NCBI RefSeq assembly: GCF_009914755.1
Contig: NC_060930.1
Source: the human T2T-CHM13v2.0 reference genome, Homo sapiens
Strand: one strand, 5' to 3'
DNA length: 64,000 nucleotides
The notes beneath the pieces are model-generated. The model had not been told where the DNA came from, did not search any database, and worked only from the letters and a program-made list of their open reading frames with translations. The position numbers and the translations under genes are program-made. Positions 26,606-41,080 of this stretch are shown here, piece after piece (the stretch's first letter is position 1; every line of letters begins with the position of its first letter).

Positions 26606-28979
26606 GTAAGCTATCCCCTCCCCAGAATCCCCCCACCCACCCCGCCACCCCCCAAAAAAAAGCTCAAACACAATCTGATTCGCTCATCTGGGAATGTGGG
26701 TTCTTGTTAAAGCTCATTAAAATAATAGTGTATGTGCCCTGATCTGGCACAGAGCAGCTATTTCAATAAAATGCTTTGTTGTGGCAAAACTATTAAAAAC
26801 ATAATCCATCATGAAGTTGAAAAACATTTCCATTCTTTAGCTTATTTTCCCCTTAAGGGTAACAGTGTTCATGCTTTCTCTGTTCTTTCTATGAATACCA
26901 GTAGTGGTTTTATTTAAAACTGTGCTGTATACCGTATCCTTCAAAAAAAAAAAAAAAACCATTTTTTTCTCAAAATTTTTTTAAAATGTAATATTTTTAA
27001 TTAAAAAACAATCAGAGCCCAAGAAGTAACATCTCTAGCTCTATTTCCTAAATGATAATACCACTAAAATTTATTTACCAAGCCATTTGCTTTCATTTTT
27101 AATCCCTGGGTTGGTAGAATGCCATTTGATTTGGGTCATCTTTTTAGAAGTTTGGTAAAAATGAAGTTAATCATAAATGCCCCTTTTCATAGTTACCTAT
27201 TCCTTTACAAAAAAAGAAAGAAAGAAAAAGATTTTGCACACTTAGAAAAGTAGAAAGCCAAATGTTTAAATCTTTTGTGGTTTTAGAAGTCATGGCTCTC
27301 CCCCTGCCGCAGTGGTTAATGACACAGATTTCTAAGAGTATCTTTCAAAGGATATGGCAGCATGTCCTTGTTGAAAATACTTTCAGTTTAATTCCAATAA
27401 GACAACAGTTGTTTGTTTATTCCATTTTGTTTGTTTACTTCATGAATCTGCAAACATTATAAAACAAGCCCTACAAAGTCCTTGGAAATTATCCAGAAAG
27501 TGCAGTTTCAATTATTAGTGACTTTACTGAATCTGCTTGTACCATTTTCATGGAAAAATTAAACGCTGACCAAATACAAAACATAATATGCTACTGATTA
27601 TACATTTTTAAGACAAAAAGCACACCCAATCTATATGCAGAGACTGTGTTTGATAAACTAAAAATAATGTGGAAATTGTAGTTTTGATTAGTAGCATTTT
27701 CAGTGCCAAATAGGCTTCAAGTGAAAATGTCAGTAATCAATGATGTTTTTAAAATTTGGAAGTACTGAAATGTCTGCAGTTATGAGGCGAAGTCTGTTTG
27801 ATTTTTTTTCTTGGTTTGTTAGATTTTTTTTTTCTTAAATGTTGACTTAAACCTTAAAAGCAAACATCAGTTGTTTGGCAGTTAGTTACCATAAACACAA
27901 GCTTTCCCATTTGCAGAGCTTGGCTACCAACCCAAGTGAGTTGGCCCTGTCACAATATGATTAGAAAAGTGTTCTTTAGAGCAGTTAAGTAACTCTGGCA
28001 CTCTCACCGTACGTGGTGCTGATAATTTTTACAAAACAAGTAAAGCATAGGGACCTGAAATAAACCTTAGTGTCCTTAAAAAAGAAAAAAAAAGAGAACA
28101 TATTGGTAATTATTTAGCTCTTCCAGGAAATGAGAAGCCACCCACAGTCCCCGAGACAGCTTGAAATGGCACATTTGTATTTCAATTGGTTACCAGAGGT
28201 TTCCTTATTCTGAAAGCAGGGACATAAAAATATATTTGCAAGACAATTTTATTAAGAACTATTTTAAAAGGTTCAAAAATCCTTAAGCATTTATGATGCT
28301 TCCTAGGTAAGCAGTAAATTATTGCTTCTTGTTTGTGAGCTTAGAAATTCACAGTGACACCTGCTGGTAATTATTGGGGAAAAAAACCTTAAAAGTCGTC
28401 CTTTTTAAAATTTTTGGATCTGCTTGAAATGCAGATCCAATTATATGGTTCTAGTGTGAATACCTTATTTCAGGACTTAGTAGGCCTGTGAAAGGACTTA
28501 TTGGAGTTTTCTATTTTAAAAATATTTAACAATCAATTGCTAAAATCCTATCTCCTTATCTTCTGGAGTTGTTATGCAACTCCTCTAGACTTTGGCTTTA
28601 TAGAAGACTATTGATGCCCCATAGTAAAACATATTATTAACCAAGACACAGATTGAATGCAAAGTTTGAGATTTTTACAACTGAAATCATTTTGCTGTGG
28701 TGATCTTAGGAGAATAATTATTCTTATGATTTAAAAAAGTCATTCTAGTTTCTTTTAGTCTTTAAAAGTTAAAATGGCAAATACTTGTCATTAGGTATGA
28801 CATTAATTAGTGCTTTCATGTAAAGTTTGGAAAGAATTCGAAGTTTTCTGTGAAAAAATAAAAGTTGGGATTGTCTAGTGAGAGGGAAATTGAAGCCATA
28901 ATGCTAAATTCAGTGTATAATGTTTCAGATTAGTTTCTGTAGGACATAGGATTATTTATTTATTTATTTATTTATGAAG

Positions 28980-29061
28980 GGATCTGCAAAGTTAGAAAAA
29001 GCTGAAATATTGCAAATGACAGTGGATCATTTGAAGATGCTTCAGGCAACAGGGGGTAAAG
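28980..29061 (+). CDS. HEY2: HEY2 coding exon 4 (82 nt; helix 2)
   Basis: Acceptor tatgaag|GGA; encodes [27 protein letters not shown]; donor AAG|gtaagt. Confidence 0.98.
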
Positions 29062-30736
29062 GTAAGTAGATGACTTCATTTTTTTTTTTTTTTGCCTTTT
29101 TTACCTTTCTCTTTTCATGTTATTCCCCCTAATATTGTAAGGAAGTCATAGCTGAACAGTTCTTTAACAAGCTGAGATAGGAGGCCCCAGATTAAAGCCA
29201 TGGAAATCAATGCTAATGGCAGGATTGAACTCGTGGGAAAGAACTTTTGGAACAAAAGAAGCACTTGACCCTGGGCTTGTGTTTGCTTTCATAATACTGT
29301 GGGAGTAAAGCTTCATTCACAGCAGCCTGGTCAGAGATTTGTTTAGGACTTAAGAAGCGCATGCTGGAATCTGTACAGAAAGAACAAAAAACAAACACAC
29401 AAACATCCAAACATAAACAGGAGGTTAGAGGTAATCCTTTTCTCCTCCTTCTGCTTCTTTCTTCCTACTCCTTCTCCTCCTCTGTCTTCATTAAATGAAG
29501 GCTAAGACTGAAAATAATTCAGCTATTCCAAAGGAATTGACTCTAGAGTTATTTTCATTATTGTTTTCAGATTTTTGCTTGGTCTTGAATTTAGACCAAA
29601 CAGAACAGTTGAAGTGCAGGTAGGAAGTCTCTACACCAGAAGCCATTAATGGAGCAGAGTCATTCTTGGGGAAAGCAAACAGGAGCAGGCACTCCAGGTC
29701 CAGGGCCCTAGAGAGGTGTCCTCTGTACTGGATAGTGACTTAGGGAGTAATTGTCGAGGTGGTGAGAGAGGATCTCATCTCATGCTAAAAACAGCCTTGA
29801 GATCCTAGTTCACTCAGATTTCATTATCCCACTTACACATCACAACTCAGACTTGATTTTGTTCCTCTGAATCTTTTTCATCCTTCAAAGAATCCTTTGA
29901 TATTCACCTTAGCCAAGGGTGTTATTCAGTATATTTAACAACTGAATAAGGAGAAGGTATCAGAAGGATTTAAGGGCTCCAACTAAATCCTGAAGGCCTC
30001 CCGGTGCTCAGCATTAACCTTTTACTACACTGTATACGGGTCCTAGATCAGGGCAGAGGCAGGACATTGGAGGGAAGCAACTGTTACCAATATTTAACTC
30101 CTGTATGGCCATACCATTGAGGATCTCTAGAACATCAGCCCTGATCTTAACCATCTTTTTCCTGCGTCTAGTAGGGAGGGAGGGTAACCATTGTACAGAG
30201 AAGCCCCAATGGGTTGACTTTTCCCAGATTGTACCTTCTCAAGGAACCATCCTGAATGATGGCATGAAATGCAAACATTCTTACATAATAGAAAAGATAA
30301 CTGGATTAAATCACAGAAGCCAATGATCCAGCCTAGCTTGACCACTGCTGTGCCTCTGACCTAAGAAAAAAGTCTGGGCTGCACTTTGAGGGCTACACTA
30401 GCAGCATGAGCGCCAAGGGCCCCTGCAGCTCCATGATTCTGTCTCTACAACTGCTACCTCAGGATGTTAGGATACTGATTGAATTAGTCATGCTACAAGA
30501 AAATTTGTTTGATTGCTTTACTTCCCTTAGCATTGTTAGCCACAAGGCTAAGTTTTCTCATTAGGGTTTCAAATATTTGGCATGAGCTGTACTTCTAAAG
30601 AGTAATATTGTTCTTAGGCTTTATTATAAAAACTAAGTTCCATCTTGGTTGCTATTCTTGGCCACCTAGACAGTCCTAAAATTTGTCCCAGAATAGTTTG
30701 TGAACAGATATTTCCAAGTAGGCTCCATACACGTCA

Positions 30737-31154
<418 letters not shown>

Positions 31155-31400
31155 TCATAGTGCAGTGGTGAAGGGCATCGTATCTGTAGCTGGATTGCCT
31201 GATTTCAAATCCTGGTTCTGCCACTGATTAGCTCTGTGACTTTGGGCAAATTACCCCCTGCGAGCTGGTCCAGTTTTATCATCTGTAAAAAGAGGACAGT
31301 TGTAGTGTCCATACTATATAACTCATAAGGCTGTTACAAGTTAATTCACTTAAGGCCGATAGAATAGTGCTGGTGTAGAGGGAGTGGTATGGACATGTAT
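31155..31400 (+). mobile_element. MIR SINE
   Basis: 'ttcaaatcctggttctgccactgattagctctgtgactttgggcaaattac...ttttatcatctgtaaaa'. Confidence 0.75.
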
Positions 31401-32182
31401 GTTACTGTTGGCCCAAGATCCATTCACAAAAGGGAGCTACTTATCATCATTTCCCTCTGAAGTCCACAATAGGATAGGAATTGCATAATTTATATTCCTT
31501 TAAGATATAACAGAGAGCTCAGCCATATATGACAACATAGCAGGCAAACCACAAATTTCAATTACTTCATGACCAGTAATGAAAATTCTTAGAAGCTCTT
31601 GGGGCTCCAATTCTGTTAGTTCATTCTTTATAGTCTGTCTTGGTATGACAATAGTATCTAGAGAGGATTTAGTAGAATAACCTAAGTTTCGAAATCCCTC
31701 TGGATTTCTGGACTCTGTCTATTCTATTCATTACCCCCGTCTTTCTCTCATGGGAGTCAGAAGTCTGCAAAGCCCTACAGAACCCTGAGGACCAAAATGT
31801 GAAATCTTTCCATGAATACCTCTTCTTCAGGAATAGCTTTTCATCCTAATCCAAGAGGCTCTGTTTGTTAACTATGTCAGAGTCCTGGGATGATAACTGT
31901 TTTTGCTGCTGATCTTCCGTATTTCATGATATTCTCTTGGTATCAGCTTTGTACTGCTGTTGTTTCTGTTTTAGTAGTGTATATATTTGCCACAAATATC
32001 TTTTGGGAACTTCCAAATCGTTGGAATTTTAGCTTTAGGACTCTTAATATATGTGACTACTATCTCCAAAGTTCTTTGATTACAGATTAAGATAGCCAAA
32101 TTTTTAATAGGTGATGAATAAACAGGTAATGCTTTGATCAGCAAAAACATAGATAATGTAAATGTTTTAGATAAAAATAACT

Positions 32183-32490
<308 letters not shown>

Positions 32491-33631
32491 TTATTTGAAT
32501 GTGATATTTCTTATTCATGTATATACACATCCCCAAAATGAATAGACCAAACTTTTGATTTGGAAATTACTTTTTAAAAAGTTGTAAATGAAAAATAATC
32601 TGTTTTTATATACCAGACGTCACTCATTCAAAGTGGGCAACATTTCTCCATATGTCTGATTATTATTGTGCCCTACATGCCCTACATGGGCACTCCAATA
32701 ATTAGACATTATTATTTTCTATTCTAATGTATTATCTTCAGACAGAGACTCAGATAAATGTGACCAAGCTCTAGCCATTTTTATGGTAGTAACCATAGGT
32801 ATAGGAGTGCATGCATATACACTGACAAAATTAATATACATTTTTTTTCTTGGGTGTATGCTAGAAAAATGTAAGGACATATATTTGAACTTCAGATAAA
32901 CTAGGCGTTGACATATAGTATTTTCATATCAGGAACTTAGCCTTATATTACTGACAGAAATATAAGATCTTCAAGTAAGAAACCAAATTTTTTTTAAAAA
33001 CTCATTTTGTTTTCATTAAATTTTTTATACAAAGTTATGACAAGATGGTTTCACTTTGTTGATAAAAAACATTGTTAGTCAAGAAGCAGTTATGAATTTA
33101 TTGCGATTCTAGCACATTTCTAAAGTCCTCAAGCTGCTAAGATGCACTTGGCATCTCTGTTAAAATGCCAAGAGAGTAAAGATGTTTCAGATAAGCCCTT
33201 TAATCTCCAACTCATGTGACAGAGACAGAGAGACTGGAACTCTGTATTTCCATGAAAAAGTTTCCTGGAGAATTTCACTATCCCACAATACAAAGGGAGA
33301 TACCCCATTTCTTTCTCTGGAAGTGTTTGAAACGCGGATGTTCTTAATTTTTTTCCCCACTGTGATATTTAGCTGCAAGAACAACTGTAGCATATTGCAT
33401 TGCCAGAGTTGTCACACATGTGAGTGGCAAAGTATACTTTCTTAACTTCTGCAAAAAATTAAAACCATAAATAGCTGGCAATATTTCCAGAAAGGATTAT
33501 CGTTCCACTTCAGTCTTCTGAAGGACAGAGTGGAACATCAGTGGGTGGTTATTGTTGACTATACCATTTTCTCACCCCTACCTCCCGCCCATCTCTCTCC
33601 TGTTCCCTACTTTGCTCAAACCCACTTTTAG

Positions 33632-34317
33632 GCTACTTTGACGCACACGCTCTTGCCATGGACTTCATGAGCATAGGATTCCGAGAGTGCCTAACAGAAG
33701 TTGCGCGGTACCTGAGCTCCGTGGAAGGCCTGGACTCCTCGGATCCGCTGCGGGTGCGGCTTGTGTCTCATCTCAGCACTTGCGCCACCCAGCGGGAGGC
33801 GGCGGCCATGACATCCTCCATGGCCCACCACCATCATCCGCTCCACCCGCATCACTGGGCCGCCGCCTTCCACCACCTGCCCGCAGCCCTGCTCCAGCCC
33901 AACGGCCTCCATGCCTCAGAGTCAACCCCTTGTCGCCTCTCCACAACTTCAGAAGTGCCTCCTGCCCACGGCTCTGCTCTCCTCACGGCCACGTTTGCCC
34001 ATGCGGATTCAGCCCTCCGAATGCCATCCACGGGCAGCGTCGCCCCCTGCGTGCCACCTCTCTCCACCTCTCTCTTGTCCCTCTCTGCCACCGTCCACGC
34101 CGCAGCCGCAGCAGCCACCGCGGCTGCACACAGCTTCCCTCTGTCCTTCGCGGGGGCATTCCCCATGCTTCCCCCAAACGCAGCAGCAGCAGTGGCCGCG
34201 GCCACAGCCATCAGCCCGCCCTTGTCAGTATCAGCCACGTCCAGTCCTCAGCAGACCAGCAGTGGAACAAACAATAAACCTTACCGACCCTGGGGGACAG
34301 AAGTTGGAGCTTTTTAA
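33632..34317 (+). CDS. HEY2: HEY2 coding exon 5 (686 nt; Orange domain, His/Ala-rich region, YRPW and TEVGAF)
   Basis: Acceptor cttttag|GC; encodes YFDAHALAMDFMSIGFRECLTEVARYL...KPYRPWGTEVGAF*. The five exons sum to 1014 nt = 337 aa + stop. Confidence 0.99.
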
Positions 34318-35784
34318 ATTTTTCTTGAACTTCTTGCAATAGTAACTGAATGTCCTCCATTTCAGAGTCAGCTTAAAACCTCTGCACCCTGAAGGTAGCC
34401 ATACAGATGCCGACAGATCCACAAAGGAACAATAAAGCTATTTGAGACACAAACCTCACGAGTGGAAATGTGGTATTCTCTTTTTTTTCTCTCCCTTTTT
34501 TGTTTGGTTCAAGGCAGCTCGGTAACTGACATCAGCAACTTTTGAAAACTTCACACTTGTTACCATTTAGAAGTTTCCTGGAAAATATATGGACCGTACC
34601 ATCCAGCAGTGCATCAGTATGTCTGAATTGGGGAAGTAAAATGCCCTGACTGAATTCTCTTGAGACTAGATGGGACATACATATATAGAGAGAGAGTGAG
34701 AGAGTCGTGTTTCGTAAGTGCCTGAGCTTAGGAAGTTTTCTTCTGGATATATAACATTGCACAAGGGAAGACGAGTGTGGAGGATAGGTTAAGAAAGGAA
34801 AGGGACAGAAGTCTTGCAATAGGCTGCAGACATTTTAATACCATGCCAGAGAAGAGTATTCTGCTGAAACCAACAGGTTTTACTGGTCAAAATGACTGCT
34901 GAAAATAATTTTCAAGTTGAAAGATCTAGTTTTATCTTAGTTTGCCTTCTTTGTACAGACATGCCAAGAGGTGACATTTAGCAGTGCATTGGTATAAGCA
35001 ATTATTTCATCAGTTCTCAGATTAACAAGCATTTCTGCTCTGCCTGCAGGCCCCCAGGCACTTTTTTTTTTGGATGGCTCAAAATATGGTGCTTCTTTAT
35101 ATAAACCTTACATTTATATAGTGCACCTATGAGCAGTTGCCTACCATGTGTCCACCAGAGGCTATTTAATTCATGCCAACTTGAAAACTCTCCAGTTTGT
35201 AGGAGTTTGGTTTAATTTATTCAGTTTCATTAGGACTATTTTTATATATTTATCCTCTTCATTTTCTCCTAATGATGCAACATCTATTCTTGTCACCCTT
35301 TGGGAGAAGTTACATTTCTGGAGGTGATGAAGCAAGGAGGGAGCACTAGGAAGAGAAAAGCTACAATTTTTAAAGCTCTTTGTCAAGTTAGTGATTGCAT
35401 TTGATCCCAAAACAAGATGAATGTATGCAATGGGATGTACATAAGTTATTTTTGCCCATGCCTAAACTAGTGCTATGTAATGGGGTTGTGGTTTTGTTTT
35501 TTTCGATTTCGTTTAATGACAAAATAATCTCTTAATATGCTGAAATCAAGCACGTGAGAGTTTTTGTTTAAAAGATAAGAGACACAGCATGTATTATGCA
35601 CTTCATTTCTCTACTGTGTGGAGAAAGCAATAAACATTATGAGAATGTTAAACGTTATGCAAAATTATACTTTTAAATATTTGTTTTGAAATTACTGTAC
35701 CTAGTCTTTTTTGCATTACTTTGTAACCTTTTTCTATGCAAGAGTCTTTACATACCACTAATTAAATGAAGTCCTTTTTGACTA
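34318..35784 (+). other. HEY2: HEY2 3' UTR
   Basis: AU-rich and free of interspersed repeats. PAS hexamers AATAAA at 34431-34436 and 35629-35634, and ATTAAA at 35761-35766. The 3' end is approximate. Confidence 0.8.
35761..35766 (+). terminator. HEY2: Probable distal polyadenylation signal of HEY2 (ATTAAA)
   Basis: ATTAAA followed ~20 nt later by a U/GU-rich element 'ttttttatgtgg'. Confidence 0.65.
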
Positions 35785-36752
35785 TTTTTTATGTGGATGA
35801 GTTGCTTTGCAGAAAAGTTTCCTTCCACTTTCTATGTGGAAAGTCAACATGAATTTCAAGAGGTCTTTATTTACTAACGATCCAAGCTATGGCTTTTCTT
35901 TATGTCTTTCAAAATCATTTGATATAATTCACAGCTTGCCTGAAAATAACATTTATCTGAGCTTGTAAACTAAGCATAGGCAGTAAGATACTTGGAGGCA
36001 AGAAATAATCAGTTTCCTCTGCCTTTTATTCTTAACTACAGTTCTTGGCAAAGTGCAAATTCAAGACTTCCAAATGGTATACCAAATATAGGATAATAAG
36101 CTAGAACATGTCATACATGTTGTAATTCAAAAACATTTGTAGAGTGTTTTAAAAACATCACATACATACATGATAGGCGTGTACATACGTCCTAATGATA
36201 AATCCCTTGTGCTTCAATGACAATTTCTTTTGTTGCTGTGGAGATTGTATGGGTATTGCCTCTGCTTCAGTGAGGCCTAAATAAACCATCATAGAGCTCC
36301 TGAAGCTATTGGGCCAAACAACATAAAAAGAATGAAAGTGATTTTTATTATGCTTATCAATTTGTTCAAAGGAAAAAGGAGGGCTTTTATATTCTGGTTT
36401 TGAAAAATCCAGCAAGTAGTTTAATTTCTGTCTGTAAGTGGGTAATGAAAAGGTCGAGGGGAGGCAAAAGCAAATCACCTTGTTTCTTGTGTCTATAAGC
36501 CTTGTGGTTCTTATATTTTCCAGCTGGCTCTAATAGAATGAGGTAGCAAATAAGAAAATTGATTTCGTTGTCTTAGGTGTTTGCTTTATAATCATGATTT
36601 GTGGACAACAGCCATATAATTTTTACTTTAAGATCTAAAACCTGAATGTATTCCTATTGTAATGTCAGCATTCAGAGAACTTCTTTTCCTTTTTTGAAAT
36701 GTAAACTTTTAGAGATCAGGAATTTAAAATTTATTTGAATTAAATATTTTAA

Positions 36753-37165
<413 letters not shown>

Positions 37166-37986
37166 AGATTATTATTTTTCAATTCCACTGACTAAAATAT
37201 TTGCAAATGAACTTGCAACATAGTTAATAAGAAAGTGTTCCTAAAGATAATCGTTGTCAGTAATTCAATCATTTCAAGTTAATTATGATCAATGTTTCAT
37301 ATGATCAACTTGTAGCATCACATCTCACTGTTTATATTAACCTGACCACCGGAGGTTGCCATCTCCCATCCAAGTGTTCTGTGAAGGTGGTATTCCACCA
37401 TCAGATGTGGTAATTCTCATGTTTGCTACCAAAATAGAAAAAGAGTTATACCCTTTAAAGTTATTTTAGGGAAAAAGAATTTTCAGGGTTTGATTTATTG
37501 ATGGTTGCTTTTATTTGTGTAAAAGTCCCAAAATTAACTCAAAGGATTTTTAGTAAGATAAAAGGAAAAAGGTAACACTTTTAGAAATTTGTGTTTTTCC
37601 AACTGTTTAAAGCTATGTGCATGACTAATTAGAAATTTTGTTTAAAGTTCACGTCAGTGAGCCAGAAGGTATTTTTTTAAAATAACTGTTATGTGGCCCA
37701 GCATTGCACTGTATATGTTGAGTTTTGCATGGTGTATAGTAGCACATCAAAGTACAATCCTATAGACTGATAGTGATAGGTATGGCTGCCACCCTAGCTA
37801 TTCACAGGGGTTCTCAAAAGAAGGAGGTGCACTAAAAGTGACAAAAGGAGATTCTGGGAGCTAGGGGGAGGAGGCTTTTTGCTCTTCTTTGGATATTTTA
37901 CTATCACAAATATGATACTGCATTTTTGAAGAAATATGAGAGACCTTTAAAGTGATGTTGAAACATTAAAAAGTCAAAATATATAT

Positions 37987-38110
37987 ATTTTTTGAGACAG
38001 GGGCTCCCTCTGTCACCCAGGCTGCAGTACAGTGGTGTGATCATGGCTCACTGCAGCCTCAACCTCCTGGGCTCAGGTGATCCTCCCACCTCAGCCTCCC
38101 AAGCAGCTAG
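37987..38110 (-). mobile_element. Alu right-arm fragment
   Basis: 'ttttgagacaggggctccctctgtcacccaggctgcagtacagtgg...cagcctcccaagcagctaggga'. Confidence 0.85.
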
Positions 38111-40886
38111 GGAAAAGTTCAAATATTAACCAGAGAGATGGCTCTCCTATGCACCTGTGCATAGGTATTATCAAACATAATGAAGCCTTTTGGATTATCT
38201 TTCTTATATATTCAAATTGTTCTTTTTGCCAATCATTAAGTTACCACAAAGTCAGACTAATCACCTTAGGTAACATCATGAGAAAGCAATATGATTTTAG
38301 AATTCTATATTTCCGTGAGTCTAAGACTCCATTAGTTACAAGATACACTATTGGTTGAAGATCAGTTTTTAAAGAAAAAGAACCACTACAACATAAATTT
38401 ACACATTGACCATAAAACTTCCTAATTGCTAGAATGTAAAAAAAAAAATTTCAATGGCATCTCGGATTTTAGGCAATACAATAACACAGTATTGTACTCC
38501 AATGCAATTTTAGAAATTCATGGCTAGAGTTGTACATAGATTAAAATGTGGCTGTTCTAGCTTACTTTTAAAATGTCTCAATAAGATAGAGTCCTACCTA
38601 GTAAAATCAAAGAATCTAGATTGACTTTGTAAGCCTAATGGTCTAAAGATAGATGCATTTTTTAAACTTTTTATTGCCCAATGGGACTGCTTCTAGTTGT
38701 TCTGCTGCATTTTACTGAAGAATGGAGTTTGACTTCCCCTTATAATTCTTTTAAGATCTAAGCACTGACTGAGGCTGTGAATATTTCAGCAACTACAACA
38801 AAGCATTGCAGCAAACATGACATCATAAACTGTGACTATAGCTCATATTATTTGGAAGGCTAAATCTTTGAACTTGGTTGGGAGATCTTAAGAAGAAGAA
38901 AAGCCCCTGAGCTTACATAGACAGTCTTGCGTGAGGGGCCAGAGGCAGACGGGAAATGGTTCTCTAGGCATGAGGTGGTGCTTTTTCCCATGGCTCCCTT
39001 ACTTCTAACTTCAAAGGAAAGGAAAGGAAGTGGTCAGGGAATCTGCTCTGACTGTGGGAACCAGTACCCACTGTAAGGTGCAGGTCTGAAAAAGAAAATC
39101 AATTATGATACTAACTGCTAATACTGGTCAGTTGTTCTCTATACTAAGCCCCATGCTAAGTGCTTGAAATCTGTTTCTTCATTTAAGCCTCATAACTGTC
39201 CTGTAGAGTAGATAATAGTTTACTTACTTACATATTAGGAATTGGAGAATAAAGCTTAATTGTCCAAGGCCATTCCTAGCAGGTTGAGCTTTGAGTTAAA
39301 CTATCTGAAAACTATCTGATACTTAAATTCATACTTTTGACCTCTAGGCTGTGGCTTTTGACACTGCTTTTTTGGTCTCAGAGTTATCCAGACTCCCCCA
39401 GGATTTCAGCCTGCCTAGGATCAGTTTGGACTAAAGATGACAGTAAATCCAGCTACAGTATTATCGTAAAACCACTTCCATCTCACTCTTTTAATATATG
39501 AAAGGATGAAAAAAGGAATAACTCCACTTTATAATGCAACATAAAAGGGAAATTATTTTGGCAGTTCTCTAGTTTTAACTCAACTTTCAATCAAGTCACA
39601 CGTATCTTTTCTTCATCTATGAGCTTAATCTTTAAAGGCTACCAAAGAAAATTCTATCATCTCACTCAAAGTGGTTGACAAAGGTGTGGCAAAATGGTGA
39701 AGTATTAAGGTACTAAGCAAATTGAGTTTGAAAAAAAAAATCATTTCCAATCTTCCATATCTAAAAGATAAGAAATTGTTGTTGTTGTTGTTTAGGGAGA
39801 ATGCTGGATTATTCTGAATGTTTATACACCATAGGTCCATATGCCATAAAACAAAATTCTTCATTTGACCTATGAAGACCTGTCCAGTAACCCATTCACT
39901 TTAATAATTCTTGTTATCAGAAAGGGCCTTTTAACTGACCTAACTCTTCAGCCTAGAGTTAAAGAATGTTTTTGATAGCAGTTAACAGTTAATACGTGTA
40001 TAATTTTTCAAAAATCTTATGCCCAGAGACGTTTTTAGATGCCTCTAAGTTCTTAGCCTTCTATAAATATCTGGTTTTCTTGACCTTTGTTGTCATTCTG
40101 TTAGTGTGTGGAAATGAAGAGATTCATGCATATGAAGTGTGACATGGATGTAACAGAATGTATTATAAGTTTTTTTAAGGGGTAGAAAGAGGTTGAATAA
40201 CCTTGGCACTTAACTCTAAAGTTTCTTGTATCAAGTTTGCATTGTAAGTCTTGTGTTTTCATTACAATGAAAACAAAGTCACATTTTCTCATGCAGAAGA
40301 AAAAGTATTTTGCAAAGAATGGCTATTATTCGTAATGTTTTACTTGTATAAGTGTAGTAATAAATTATGACTCTGAACACAAATGAATATCTTAGTTGCA
40401 TTAACCCCTCCTTTCCTGATTATAAGCTATCAAGATGAACAGGATTTACCTTCCTAGGTCTTTCAGCACTTCTTTTTTAACCTTTTTCCTTAATTGCAGA
40501 GAACCTAAAGACTTTTTTTTTTCTTTTTCCACCAAAACAATGTGCCTGGAGCTTTGCATAGCTCTGTTTGGGTAGACTTTCCCTTATGCCAGCAATGACT
40601 GGCTTCTTTCCCTGTCCTAACCAGTCTGTCCCAGCACAGCTGCATCAAATTGGCTTGTCTGGGATCTGGCAAGATGATGGAGACGTGTTTGCAGTCATGA
40701 GGGCAAAACACAGAGGCACATAGACCATGACTCTCATGATAACACATTTCTGTCCCAGGCACAAGCCACTCTTAAATGAGAACTAAGCCAGTCACATTTT
40801 GATCTTACAAGCAGCCACTGTTAGATTTATTTTATTGTTTTGACATCTTTCTGACAATGAAAACATAAGCATAAAATAGTACAAAT

Positions 40887-41080
40887 GGTTGGGTGTGGTA
40901 ACTCATGAAAACTCACGTGCAAGCCGAGCACACATGTGCCTGTAGTTCCAAGTACATGGGAGGCTGAGGCAGGAGGATCATTTGAGTCAGGTGTTCAAGG
41001 CTGCAATGAGCTATGATTATGCCACTGTGCTCCAGCCTGGGTGACAGAGGGAGGTCCCATCTCAAAAACAAAAACCAAAA
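40887..41080 (+). mobile_element. Alu monomer (FRAM/AluJ right-arm-like)
   Basis: 'tgcctgtagttccaagtacatgggaggctgaggcaggaggatcatttgag...ccagcctgggtgacagag' followed by an A-rich tail. Confidence 0.8.

Noticed and set aside
33500-33536. Small hairpin gttccact...agtggaac upstream of the exon 5 acceptor
   Set aside because: An 8-bp stem is expected by chance in 64 kb, and nothing else supports it.
33658-34317. 219-aa ORF as a stand-alone gene
   Set aside because: It is the in-frame part of HEY2 exon 5, starting at an internal Met.
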